Origin: Gammaproteobacteria bacterium
Lineage (GTDB): Bacteria; Pseudomonadota; Gammaproteobacteria; CBDBNL01; JAAOII01
Direction of reading: 5' to 3'
DNA: 64,000 nucleotides
Assembly (NCBI GenBank): GCA_965209035.1
Contig: OZ242372.1
Coordinates: forward strand, 1,344,001 to 1,408,000
Below the pieces are notes generated by a model. The model saw only the letters and a list, made by a program, of their open reading frames with translations, ran no database searches and was not told where the DNA came from. This document shows positions 21,596 to 31,738 of this stretch, piece by piece (position 1 is the first letter of the stretch; each line of letters begins with the position of its first letter). The position numbers and the translations under genes were made by a program.

Positions 21596-24500
21596 TTACC
21601 TGCCTTGCGCCGAGAGGCCGCCCGGCACGCAGTTCAGGGCCGGGTATTGTGTGCTGTTACCGAGATCCCAAACACGGATGAAACCGAGCGGTTGGGAAGA
21701 ACTTGTTATGTCCTCGCCCGTGTTCGTGTTGCACCAAGCATTGCCCCAGTCGGCATAGATTCCCGTGAAGTCGGTCGGCGATTGTAAGGCTGTCGTGTTA
21801 TAACCCACGCCCAAATTACCGGCACTCATAGACTGCATGGTGGTTTGATTGTCCCAATAGGTGGCAGTGACGGCGGTGCCACTATTGGTGAAGCCGATCA
21901 ACCCACCGACAACATCCTCATCCCCACCTGAAATAAGCCCGGGGGCGGCATAAGAATAATTAATTTGAGCTCCTATCCCATCCCCAACCAGGCCGCCAAC
22001 AGAATTGTTTCCGGAAACACTTCCGCCGAGCACATAGGCATAGCGAATATCCGCATCCTCACCAAACCCAACCAGGCCGCCAACAGAATCTTCCCCGCTA
22101 ACACTTCCGCCGAGCACATAAGCATAGCGAATATTCGCATTCTCACCAAACCCAACCAGGCCGCCAATAGCAACACCCACCCCGGAAACATTCACACCGG
22201 ACACGGACGCATAGCGAATGTCCGCATGCTCACCAAACCCAACCAGGCCGCCGGCAAAAAAACGCGCCCCGACATTCACACCGGACACGGACGCATTGCG
22301 AATATTCGCATGCTCACCATTCCCAACCAGGCCGCCGGCAGCATTCCTCCCGGCAACACTACCGCCGGACACGGACGCATTGCGAATATCCGCATTCCAA
22401 CCCAACCCAACCAGGCCGCCGGCAATACCACCGAAAACATCCACACCGGACACGGACGCATTGCGAATATCCGCATTCTGACCAAACCCAACCAGGCCGC
22501 CGGCAAAAAAACGCGCCCCGGAAGAAACACTACCGCCGGACACGGACGCATTGCGAATATCCGCATTCTGACCAAACCCAACCAGGCCGCCCACATTAGT
22601 GGCATCGCCACTGACATTTGCATTCCGGAGATGCAGATTTTGGATATCGCCGGTTAAGGCACCAAACAACCCCACTCCATTGGCAGTATTATTCGCAGAG
22701 ATGAACAGATCGGCAATACGATAACCCCCGCCGTCAAAGATTCCGGTATAAGAAGAAGTACAAACATCCACAGCGGAACAAGAGCCGATCGGCTGCCAGC
22801 CGCTGCCGCTGAGATTCGTCCAAACAACTTGATTGCCACTGCCCGCGGCATAGGAATCCGCATCACTAAAATTGAACGAGCGAGTTAATTCATAACCCTC
22901 ACAGCCGCCGTCATCGTCATCCGGGCAGCCCATAGAACCCACAGAGGTGATCTCGGGGATACGGCCATCATCCGCCCCATCGCCGTTCAGATCATCGCGC
23001 AGCCGCGCCAAGTCATCCAAAGTGTGGATCTCTATCAAGCCATTATTATTGTCATCCACATCCTCATCGTTATCCCGACAGCCGTCACCGTCATCGTCCG
23101 TCCCCGCCAAAGAAGTCCAGCCGGTAACACCGGTTGGGCAAGTATCCGCAAGATCCTCCACACCGTCATTGTCATCGTCACCATCACAGGCATCACCGCC
23201 GTCAGCCGCACTGTCCGTGTTGGCTTGGTCCGCATTGGCAACCAACGGACAATTATCGTTATCATCATCCCTATCGTCATTGTCATCGTCCGGATCTTCT
23301 ATTAAGGTGGTATTCACACCGGTCCTGCAGCCGGCAGATAATCTGTCAGGCATGCCGTCCTCATCCGTATCGGTGCTCGCACAGGCATCTGTCCGGAACG
23401 CATCGACCGTATCCGCCACGCCATCATTGTCATCGTCCGGATCTTCTGTTAAGTTGGTATTCACACCGGTCGTGCAACCGGCAGATAAGCTGTCCGGCTT
23501 GCCGTCCTCATCCGTGTCGGTACTCGCACAGGCATCCGTCACAAACGCATCTACGTCATTCAAGGTATCATCATCGTCAATATCTGTGCCTACACCCGCA
23601 TCCGCTCCCGTTGTACCAGACACAGGAGGTGAGGTCACGATAGTGCCGTTTTCATAACGCACCGCAATCGTGATGTTGTAGGCGGTGTTATTGGTTAAGC
23701 CCGTAATGTTGTAGATGACCCGAGCAAGCGGCGCAACATCCGCCGCGGTAGAATTAAGTTCTTTTGTTGTGCCGCCATCGCTCGCATCTTCACGGCGTGT
23801 GGTAATAACGAACCCGGTGATATTCATCCGGTTCGGATTGGTCCAACCCACGAGAATATGATCCTCACCGACCAGAGTCTGGATATTGGAAACAGCCGGG
23901 GAATTCCGAGGAGTGGAAAGGCCGTTCGGCAGGCAGTTCAGGGCCGGGTATTGGCTGCTTGTGCCGAGATCCCAGACGCGGATGAAACCGGGCGGTTGGG
24001 AAGAACTTGTTATGTCCTCGCCGGTGTTGGGGTTGCACCAGAAGTTGCCCCAGTCGGCATAGATTCCCGTGAAGTCGGTCGGCGATTGTAAGGCTGTCGT
24101 GCTATGACCCTCGCCCAAATTACCGGCACTCATAGACTGCATGGTGGTTTGATTGTCCCAATAGGTGGCAGTGACGGCGGTGCCACTATTGCTGAAGCCG
24201 ATCAACCCACCGACATCAACGGAACCTGAAACAAGCCCGGGGGCGGCATAAGAATAATTAATTTGAGCTTCTATCCCATCCCCAACCAGGCCGCCAACAG
24301 AATCTTCCCCGCTAACACTTCCGCCGAGCACATAGGCATAACGAATATCCGCATCCTCACCATACCCAACCAGGCCGCCAACAGAATTGTTTCCGGAAAC
24401 ACTTCCGCCGAGCACATAAGCATAGCGAATATCCGCATTCTCACCAGACCCAACCAGCCCGCCAATAGCAAAACCAAAACCCGCCCCGGAAACATTCACA

Positions 24501-27052
24501 CCGGACACGGACGCATAGCGAATGTCCGCATCCTCACCATACCCAACCAGGCCGCCGGCAGTATTCCTCCCGGCAACACTTCCGCCGGACACGGACGCAT
24601 AGCGAATATCCACATTTAGACCATTCCCAACCAGGCCGCCGGTAGCATCACTCCCGGAAACACTTCCGCCGGACACGGACGCATTGCGAATATCCGCATT
24701 AAGTCCCCGCCCAACCAGGCCGCCGGCAACATTCCCGAAAACACTTCCGCCGGACACGGACGCATTGCGAATATCCGCATTCCTACCATACCCAATCAGG
24801 CCGCCGGCAACACTCCCGATAACACTTCCGCCGGACACGGACGCATTGCGAATATCCGCATTCCTACCATTCCCAACCAGGCCGCCCACATCAGCGGCAC
24901 GGCCACGGACATTTGCATTCCGGAGATGCAGATTTTGGATATCGCCGGTTAAGGCACCAAACAACCCCACTCCATAGACAGTATCGCTCGCAGAGATGAA
25001 CAGATCGGCAATACGATAACCGCCGCCGTCAAAGATTCCGGTATAAGAGGTGCAAACATTCACATCAGAACAAGAGCCGATCGGCTGCCAGCCGCTGCCG
25101 GTCGTCCAAGCATCCATATTGCCACTGCCCGCGGCATAGGAATCCGCATCGCTAAAATTGAACGAGCGAGTTAATTCATAACCCACACAGCCGCCGTCAT
25201 CCGGGCAGCCCCTAGAACCCACAGAGGTGATCTCGGGGATACGGCCATCATCCGTCCCATCGCCGTTCAGATCATCGCGCAGCCGCGCCAAGTCATCCAA
25301 AGTGTGGATCTCGATCAATCTATTATTATTGTCATCCACATCCTCATCGTTATCCCGACAACCGTCACCGTCATCGTCCGTCCCCGCCAAAGAAGTCCAG
25401 CCGGTAACACCGGTTGGGCAAGTATCCGCAAGATCCTCCACACCGTCATTGTCATCGTCACCATCACAGGCATCACCGCCGTCAGCCGCACTGTCCGTGT
25501 TGGTTTGGTCCGCATTGGCAACCAACGGACAATTATCGTTCGGATCTGCCTCGCCGTCATTGTCATCGTCCGAATCTTCATCTGTGTCGCGACAGCCGTC
25601 ACCGTCATGGTCCGCGGACGCATTGGAAGTCCAGCCGGTAACACCGGTCGGACAAGTATCCGCAAGATCCTCCACGCCGTCATTGTCATCGTCACCATCA
25701 CAGGCATCACCGCCGTCAGCCGCATTGTCCGTGTTGGCTTGGTCCGCATTGGCAACCAACGGACAATTATCGTTCGGATCCGCCTCGCCGTCATTGTCAT
25801 CGTCCGGATCTTCATCTGTGTCGCGACAGCCGTCACCGTCATGGTCCGCGGACGCATTGGAAGTCCAGCCGGTAACACCGGTTGGGCAAGTATCGGCCGG
25901 ATCCTCCACGCCATCATTGTCATCGTCACCATCACAGGCATCACCGCCGTCAGCCGCATTGTCCGTGTTGGTTTGGCCCGCATTGGCAACCAACGGACAA
26001 TTATCGATATCATCATCCCTGTCGTCATTGTCATCGTCCGGATCTTCTATTAAGTTGGTATTCACATCGGTCCTGCAGCCGGCAGATAATCTGTCCGGCA
26101 TGCCGTCCTCATCCGTATCGGTGCTCGCACAGGCATCTGTCCGGAACGCATCGACCGTATCCGCCACGCCATCATTGTCATCGTCCGGATCTTCTGTTAA
26201 GTTGATATTCACATCGGTCCTGCAGCCGGCAGATAATCTGTCCGGCATGCCGTCATTATCCGTATCGGTACTCGCACAGGCATCTGTCCGGAACGCATCG
26301 TCCGTATCCGCCACGCCATCATTGTCATCGTCCGGATCTTCTGTTAAGGTAGTATTCACACCGGTCGTGCAACCGGCAGATAATCTGTCCGGCTTGCCGT
26401 CATTATCCGTGTCGGTACTCGCACAGGCATCCGTCGGAAACGCATCTACGTTATTCGAGGTATCATCATCGTCAATATCTGTGCCTACACCCGCATCCGC
26501 TCCCGTTGTGCCAGACACAGGAGGTGAGGTCCTCCCGATAATGCCGTTCTTATAACGCACCGCAATCGTGATGTGATAGGTGATGTCATTGGTTAAGCCC
26601 GTAATGTTGTAGATGACCCGAGCAAGCGGCGCAACATCCGCCGCGGTAGAATTAAGTTCTTTTGTTGTGCCACCATCGCTCGCATCGTCACGGCGTATGG
26701 TAATAACGAACCCGTCGATATTATCCGGAGCCGGATTAGTCCAACCCACGAGAATATGATCCTCACCGACCAGAGTCTGGATATTGGAAACAGCCGGGGA
26801 ATTCTGAGGAGCGGGATCGCCGCCGCCACAACCTGTCAGGACCAAACCGAACATACCCGCCAGCAGCACACCGTAAAAACGAGCCGGTATGCGCATCCGT
26901 CGTGCCCTATTGGGTTCGGGAAAAGCCTTAAAGGCATTAAAGACATTAAAGGGATTAAAAGTATTATTAAGGAGACGCGCAGATACCGTGCCTCTTTGTT
27001 CGCGGCACATTTCTTTCGCCGGCCGCGCAGGAAAAAAGTATAACTGATTCAT
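21596..27052 (-). CDS. 1818-aa lipoprotein with two tandem FN3-TSP3-GLUG modules (putative adhesin)
   Basis: Lipobox LVLTGC; module start NSPAVSNIQTLVGEDHILVGW occurs twice; Asp-rich TSP3 repeats and GGLVG repeats. Confidence 0.88.
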   Translation of the reverse strand: MNQLYFFPARPAKEMCREQRGTVSARLLNNTFNPFNVFNAFKAFPEPNRARRMRIPARFYGVLLAGMFGLVLTGCGGGDPAPQNSPAVSNIQTLVGEDHILVGWTNPAPDNIDGFVITIRRDDASDGGTTKELNSTAADVAPLARVIYNITGLTNDITYHITIAVRYKNGIIGRTSPPVSGTTGADAGVGTDIDDDDTSNNVDAFPTDACASTDTDNDGKPDRLSAGCTTGVNTTLTEDPDDDNDGVADTDDAFRTDACASTDTDNDGMPDRLSAGCRTDVNINLTEDPDDDNDGVADTVDAFRTDACASTDTDEDGMPDRLSAGCRTDVNTNLIEDPDDDNDDRDDDIDNCPLVANAGQTNTDNAADGGDACDGDDDNDGVEDPADTCPTGVTGWTSNASADHDGDGCRDTDEDPDDDNDGEADPNDNCPLVANADQANTDNAADGGDACDGDDDNDGVEDLADTCPTGVTGWTSNASADHDGDGCRDTDEDSDDDNDGEADPNDNCPLVANADQTNTDSAADGGDACDGDDDNDGVEDLADTCPTGVTGWTSLAGTDDDGDGCRDNDEDVDDNNNRLIEIHTLDDLARLRDDLNGDGTDDGRIPEITSVGSRGCPDDGGCVGYELTRSFNFSDADSYAAGSGNMDAWTTGSGWQPIGSCSDVNVCTSYTGIFDGGGYRIADLFISASDTVYGVGLFGALTGDIQNLHLRNANVRGRAADVGGLVGNGRNADIRNASVSGGSVIGSVAGGLIGYGRNADIRNASVSGGSVFGNVAGGLVGRGLNADIRNASVSGGSVSGSDATGGLVGNGLNVDIRYASVSGGSVAGRNTAGGLVGYGEDADIRYASVSGVNVSGAGFGFAIGGLVGSGENADIRYAYVLGGSVSGNNSVGGLVGYGEDADIRYAYVLGGSVSGEDSVGGLVGDGIEAQINYSYAAPGLVSGSVDVGGLIGFSNSGTAVTATYWDNQTTMQSMSAGNLGEGHSTTALQSPTDFTGIYADWGNFWCNPNTGEDITSSSQPPGFIRVWDLGTSSQYPALNCLPNGLSTPRNSPAVSNIQTLVGEDHILVGWTNPNRMNITGFVITTRREDASDGGTTKELNSTAADVAPLARVIYNITGLTNNTAYNITIAVRYENGTIVTSPPVSGTTGADAGVGTDIDDDDTLNDVDAFVTDACASTDTDEDGKPDSLSAGCTTGVNTNLTEDPDDDNDGVADTVDAFRTDACASTDTDEDGMPDRLSAGCRTGVNTTLIEDPDDDNDDRDDDNDNCPLVANADQANTDSAADGGDACDGDDDNDGVEDLADTCPTGVTGWTSLAGTDDDGDGCRDNDEDVDDNNNGLIEIHTLDDLARLRDDLNGDGADDGRIPEITSVGSMGCPDDDDGGCEGYELTRSFNFSDADSYAAGSGNQVVWTNLSGSGWQPIGSCSAVDVCTSSYTGIFDGGGYRIADLFISANNTANGVGLFGALTGDIQNLHLRNANVSGDATNVGGLVGFGQNADIRNASVSGGSVSSGARFFAGGLVGFGQNADIRNASVSGVDVFGGIAGGLVGLGWNADIRNASVSGGSVAGRNAAGGLVGNGEHANIRNASVSGVNVGARFFAGGLVGFGEHADIRYASVSGVNVSGVGVAIGGLVGFGENANIRYAYVLGGSVSGEDSVGGLVGFGEDADIRYAYVLGGSVSGNNSVGGLVGDGIGAQINYSYAAPGLISGGDEDVVGGLIGFTNSGTAVTATYWDNQTTMQSMSAGNLGVGYNTTALQSPTDFTGIYADWGNAWCNTNTGEDITSSSQPLGFIRVWDLGNSTQYPALNCVPGGLSAQGR

Positions 27053-27154
27053 TATTTTCTATTGTTTATTATTGTTTTGCTGTTATGGTTAATGGGAATT
27101 ATATGCTTTGTGACCCATAAAAAAGTAAGTGCCATTATTATTACATTAAATGAG

Positions 27155-27660
27155 TGTATAGCCCCACCCAGTTTCGGACTTTTTTTATCTTTGTAAAAAC
27201 CGGATCGGAGAGAGTTGTTGGTGAGCATAGTGGGGACGTCCGCGATGATACCAAGCCAGCCATGCGATGAACTTGGCATTGAATGCCGGCATATCCTTTA
27301 AACAGGAGATGCCGCATATTATTGAAACCGTGCACGCGATAACCCCCCGTATGGCAAATATAGCGTAAACGTGTCCCGCTCATTTCCAATGTGCAGTCCG
27401 GCTGCCCTCACAAACCGTACCGTCTTGCCAGCGGATACACCCAGACAGTTTTATCAACAACAAGCCTCCTCTGTATGCGGCGGTGAGAGCAAAATAACTA
27501 TCCGTCTTGCTTGTCCGGTTCATTCATCCGGCTCCACATACCGGAGACCCGTTGCCGGATCTATTTGCGACCCGTCCGCCAGAGCCTCTAATCGCCGGCT
27601 CTTTAATTTGAGGACGCACCATACCAAACTCAGAGTCCGGAACCTTTATGAGATCATGCA
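27155..27660 (+). mobile_element. longest (~505 bp) copy of the MITE-like family
   Basis: Begins TGTATAGCCCCACCCAGTTTCGGACT and ends AGAGTCCGGAACCTTTATGAGATCATGCA; no intact transposase. Confidence 0.65.
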
Positions 27661-27900
27661 TGCAGTCGCCGGGTGATCGACCGCGGCATCTCAGATGTCA
27701 AACGCGTCCGTTTGTGTTTGGCAGATTCTCGTTGCCGGCACAAACGCTCGGCTTGCTGATGACGATAGCCACGCAAACCCGCATTACGCGCCAGTTCCCA
27801 ACTCAGCGTCGCCGGACTACGCCTTAATACCCGGGCAATTTTCCGTTGTAAATATCCTTCTCGGTGCATTTTTTCGAGCGTCCGCCGTTCTTCTTTGGTC
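27661..27900 (-). pseudogene. IS30-family transposase N-terminal HTH fragment
   Basis: REGYLQRKIARVLRRSPATLSWELARNAGLRGYRHQQA. Confidence 0.75.
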
Positions 27901-28144
27901 AGTCTTTTGTAATGTTTTTTTGTGAAATGCTTCCTTAAATTTTGTAAAATTCAAGGAAGCGTTTCGCGGCATTGCACTAGTTACTTGAATTCGCACACAG
28001 AACAAAAAATGAAAAATAATAAAAAACAAACTTTAATAAGCAAAGAAGATAAAACGGTTCTTCAAATTTTAGAAGGGTTAAGTAAGGAATACGATGATGC
28101 GAGGAGAATGAATGATTATCTTTCTTTGCTCACCAAGCATTCGC

Positions 28145-28343
28145 TGTCTGCGGCGGCAAGAGCAAAATAACTATCTGTCTTTCTTGTCCGGTTCATTCAT
28201 CCGGCTTCACATACCGGAGACCCGTTGCCGGATCTATTTGCGACCCGTCCGACAGAACCTCTAACCGCCGGGAACAGCCGGCTCTTTAATTTGAGGACGC
28301 ACAATACCAAACGCAGAGTCCGGAACCTTTATGAGATCATGCA
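28145..28343 (+). mobile_element. MITE-family right part (duplicate of ~27468-27660)
   Basis: Near-identical sequence, ending gagatcatgca 7 nt before the radical SAM GTG. Confidence 0.7.
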
Positions 28344-28350
28344 ACGCTAA

Positions 28351-29457
28351 GTGAAAGACCGAGAGAACAGAGACACTGCCGGCACGGGCGAATTGACCCT
28401 GCCAAAGAAAGGGCGGGGCAGTTTGATAAACCCGGCAAACCGATACGAAAATATTGCGGTTGCCAAAGAAGACGACGGCTGGGGCAGTCTGGCGGACGAG
28501 CCGGAGCGTGTCCCCACCGAGTTGATTGCCGACGCCACCCGCACAATTATCAACTATGTCAAGTCGCCGGACATCCCCTTTGACCGCACTATTAATGTCT
28601 ACCGGGGTTGCGAACACGGTTGCATCTATTGTTATGCCCGCCCTTCCCACGCCTATCTTGGCTTTTCGCCCGGCCTGGACTTTGAGACCAAAATCGTCTA
28701 CAAAAAACACTGCGCCAACCTGCTGCGCGCCGAACTCAACCACCCCAAGTATCGGTGCGAGCCGATCGCCATGGGCAGCAACACCGACCCCTATCAACAA
28801 ACCGAACGCAAGATGAAACTCACCAGAGCGGTGCTGGAGGTTCTGCAAGAGGCGCGCCACCCGCTGTCCATCGTCACCAAATCCGGCCTGGTGGAACGCG
28901 ATATGGATATTCTGCAGGACATGGCGCGGGACAACCTGGTGTGCGTTTTCTTGTCCGTCACCACCCTCAACCCAGAACTCGCCCGGCGAATGGAACCGCG
29001 TGCCGCCGCACCGGTGCGGCGACTGATGGCGTTGGAAAAACTAAACAAGGCGGGCATCCCGGCGGGGGTGATGGTCGCGCCCGTCATCCCCTTCATTAAT
29101 GACAAAGAAATGGAAACCATCATGCAACGCACGCACGACCTGGGGGCGCGCAGTGCCGGCTATGTGTTTCTGCGTTTGCCGTTGGAATTGAAAGAAATAT
29201 TCACCACCTGGTTGCACCACCATTATCCCCTGCAAGCCGAACGGGTGCTTGCCCGTATCCGCGACAGCCGAGACGGTGAACTTTATCAAAGCGCATTCGG
29301 CAAACGCATGCGCGGCGAGGGCATCTTCGCCGACCTCCTCGCCGACAGGTTCCGCCGCAAACGCAACAGTTTGAAGTTCACCGGCATCCCGCCACTCAAC
29401 CGCAAACTCTTCCGCCCGCCAAGCCCGCCGGCGGGGGCACAGCAGAAACTGATTTAG
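28351..29457 (+). CDS. PA0069/Rv2578c-family radical SAM protein
   Basis: GRG..NPANRY, CEHGCIYCYARP (CxxxCxxC), GSNTDPYQ, VFLRLPLE. Confidence 0.92.
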   Translation: MKDRENRDTAGTGELTLPKKGRGSLINPANRYENIAVAKEDDGWGSLADEPERVPTELIADATRTIINYVKSPDIPFDRTINVYRGCEHGCIYCYARPSHAYLGFSPGLDFETKIVYKKHCANLLRAELNHPKYRCEPIAMGSNTDPYQQTERKMKLTRAVLEVLQEARHPLSIVTKSGLVERDMDILQDMARDNLVCVFLSVTTLNPELARRMEPRAAAPVRRLMALEKLNKAGIPAGVMVAPVIPFINDKEMETIMQRTHDLGARSAGYVFLRLPLELKEIFTTWLHHHYPLQAERVLARIRDSRDGELYQSAFGKRMRGEGIFADLLADRFRRKRNSLKFTGIPPLNRKLFRPPSPPAGAQQKLI

Positions 29458-29469
29458 TTGTTGGTTTTT

Positions 29470-29500
29470 GCCGGCTTTCGGCTTGCCGGCTTTTGTTTTT
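29470..29500 (+). terminator. possible intrinsic terminator
   Basis: gccggc-N9-gccggc self-complementary stem followed by a T-rich run just after the stop codon. Confidence 0.35.
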
Positions 29501-29753
29501 GCCGCAGGTGGCCGGTGTTAGGGTGCGGGAGTGTTTGTGCCAACGGGTTGGTTGGTGTTAGGGGCCGGGGGTGTTTGGTACAGATGCCGACAAACTGCCG
29601 GCGGTGTCTTTGGTAAGATCCAAGTAACCCGCAAAAACAATTCCCGGAAAATTACCTGCCCGACAGGATTATAATAACAAGAATTCATTCTTTCTTGGTT
29701 AAGAAACCGGGAAGGGATTGGATTAATAGCAAGTTGTATTAAATAAGATAGTT

Positions 29754-31565
29754 ATGAAAATTAAAAGAAAGATTATTTCCTTTGTCAGGGTTGTATTAAA
29801 TAAGATTATTAAGAAACTGGAGTGGTTAGATTCTCTGCTATCCGCTTGGTCCGGTTCTCCAACAGAAGTAAAATTACCGGAAGCGTTAAAAGACATCACG
29901 GAGAATATTATCCGTAATTTGACATCCGAGGATCCGACTGTTAAGTCGGTCGCTCTGAAAGGAAAGTGGGGTATCGGTAAAACTTACTATGTCGAGAAAT
30001 ACATTCAAACACACCGCGAAATACAAAAAAAGAAATTTATTTATGTTTCCTTGTGGGGGCATGAGTCTATTCATGATATTGAAATGGAACTTTTAGGGTC
30101 TACTTTTAATTTTTTGCCTAAAAAATTAAAAGCAAGGAAAAGTTCTGATAAATTGACTCAAAAAATTTCCGAGTTTCATTCTTTTGCTAAAGGAGTGGTT
30201 GATTTGGGAGCGGAAGTTTTGCGAAGAATATGGATAGGGAAACTGGGTCCGGAACACATTCTATGTTTTGACGACTTTGAACGATTGGATAAAAAACTAC
30301 GCAACGACTTCCTGGGCTGGATGAACCGCTTTACGGAGCATCAACATGTAAAAGTATTACTGGTATTTAATGACGAAAAGTTAGACAGAGAACAGATGCA
30401 AGAAACAGGCAAAACCAAACACTATCGCGAATACTTTGAAAAGGTAGTGGATATTGAATATGAGTATGTCCCGGATAAAAACTCCCAAGTGGATATTGTT
30501 TTTGATGAGGATGAGAAATACAATGCTATTAAAGACTACCTAAAAAAAGAGGTTGCTTTGGAAGGTATGACCAACATCCGCATCTTTCAAAAAATAAAAT
30601 TGTATTGGTCCAGGGTGCATGAGATTTTAGATAGTGAATTCAAAGAAAATGATCGTGCTAATTGGCAAACTTTATGGCGGGGTCAAGAATTAATGACGGC
30701 GGTTGTATATCAATGTGAAAAATTATTTAACAAAGATATAAATCGGGATACCGAGGAACAAAAAATGTTGCATCGAGTTCGTAAACTGCTTGCATCTCAC
30801 TCCTACTATCACGATATCGCCAAACTTCTTAAGAACGGATTTCTGACCCAGGCAGAAAAAGAGCGCTTTATAAAAAATATTGATGATAATTGGAATGAGT
30901 ATTCACAAGACGAAGTAAAAGCAAATAAAGAAGTGTTTAGATTTTTACGCAAAACTAAAAAAGAGGATCAACAGATATTTGGACAAGATCCCCTATCAGT
31001 TAGTAAAAGAATATTGAAGTTTATGGATGACCATAAATACAAATTTTCTTTGTACTATTTCAATGCCCTACTTGATTATGTTTCTAAAAATAATATGGAT
31101 GGATGCATTAGTAAATATTTAAAAATTAGTACAAGACAAGGAGAATATACTTGTGATGTTCTTCTTGCAGACGAGAATGCTATAAATATTCATTTTGCAT
31201 TACAAAAAAGATTAAAGCAGATCGCGGGTAAGCGTAGCCCGATGGTGGCAATAGGCGACTGTGCCGAACGCCTTATTTCTGGCAGCGTCACCCCGGAAGA
31301 TATTAGATTCTTAAGAGTTCAAACTGTTGAAGAGTTTAGAAACTGGTTACATGATCATTTATCTTCAGCGGGGCCAGGGCACCTAGGAGAAACAGAAGTA
31401 TCCTTAAGAAAAAAAGTCACTGCATTGCAAGGTCAGGGAGATGTTGCAATTCCAAAAGATATTCAAGAAACCTTTAAGAAAGCATTATGGAGAGTAGGAA
31501 AAGGAAATACTCATGTAGTGACAAAAGCCAGAGAACATGGCATCCTCTTTTATGATACCAAATAG
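29754..31565 (+). CDS. KAP-family P-loop NTPase
   Basis: Walker A LKGKWGIGKT, IYVSLWG, Walker B LCFDDFERL, YFEKVVDIE. Confidence 0.85.
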   Translation: MKIKRKIISFVRVVLNKIIKKLEWLDSLLSAWSGSPTEVKLPEALKDITENIIRNLTSEDPTVKSVALKGKWGIGKTYYVEKYIQTHREIQKKKFIYVSLWGHESIHDIEMELLGSTFNFLPKKLKARKSSDKLTQKISEFHSFAKGVVDLGAEVLRRIWIGKLGPEHILCFDDFERLDKKLRNDFLGWMNRFTEHQHVKVLLVFNDEKLDREQMQETGKTKHYREYFEKVVDIEYEYVPDKNSQVDIVFDEDEKYNAIKDYLKKEVALEGMTNIRIFQKIKLYWSRVHEILDSEFKENDRANWQTLWRGQELMTAVVYQCEKLFNKDINRDTEEQKMLHRVRKLLASHSYYHDIAKLLKNGFLTQAEKERFIKNIDDNWNEYSQDEVKANKEVFRFLRKTKKEDQQIFGQDPLSVSKRILKFMDDHKYKFSLYYFNALLDYVSKNNMDGCISKYLKISTRQGEYTCDVLLADENAINIHFALQKRLKQIAGKRSPMVAIGDCAERLISGSVTPEDIRFLRVQTVEEFRNWLHDHLSSAGPGHLGETEVSLRKKVTALQGQGDVAIPKDIQETFKKALWRVGKGNTHVVTKAREHGILFYDTK

Positions 31566-31738
31566 GCATAATTCTACTTATTTGAGGCATCTTCCAGTTA
31601 AGAACCAAGCCGACTAGTAATGTTGAAGGGCGTAACGGGTATTGTGAAATAGGTTTGCTTAATGAAATTGAGTTGAATCGAGCCAAATAAAAACAAACAA
31701 CTCTCATTTATATCAAATAACACTACAATAACACTATT

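Noticed and set aside
21965-26555. Long plus-strand ORFs (up to 442 aa) opposite the lipoprotein gene
   Set aside because: Antisense shadows of repetitive Asp/Gly-rich coding sequence.
27141-27389. Transposase remnant inside the 505-bp element (RHLLFKGYAGIQCQV)
   Set aside because: Only a faint resemblance to IS5/IS1182-type C-termini, and the frame is not preserved in the 17.7-kb copy; needs blastx.
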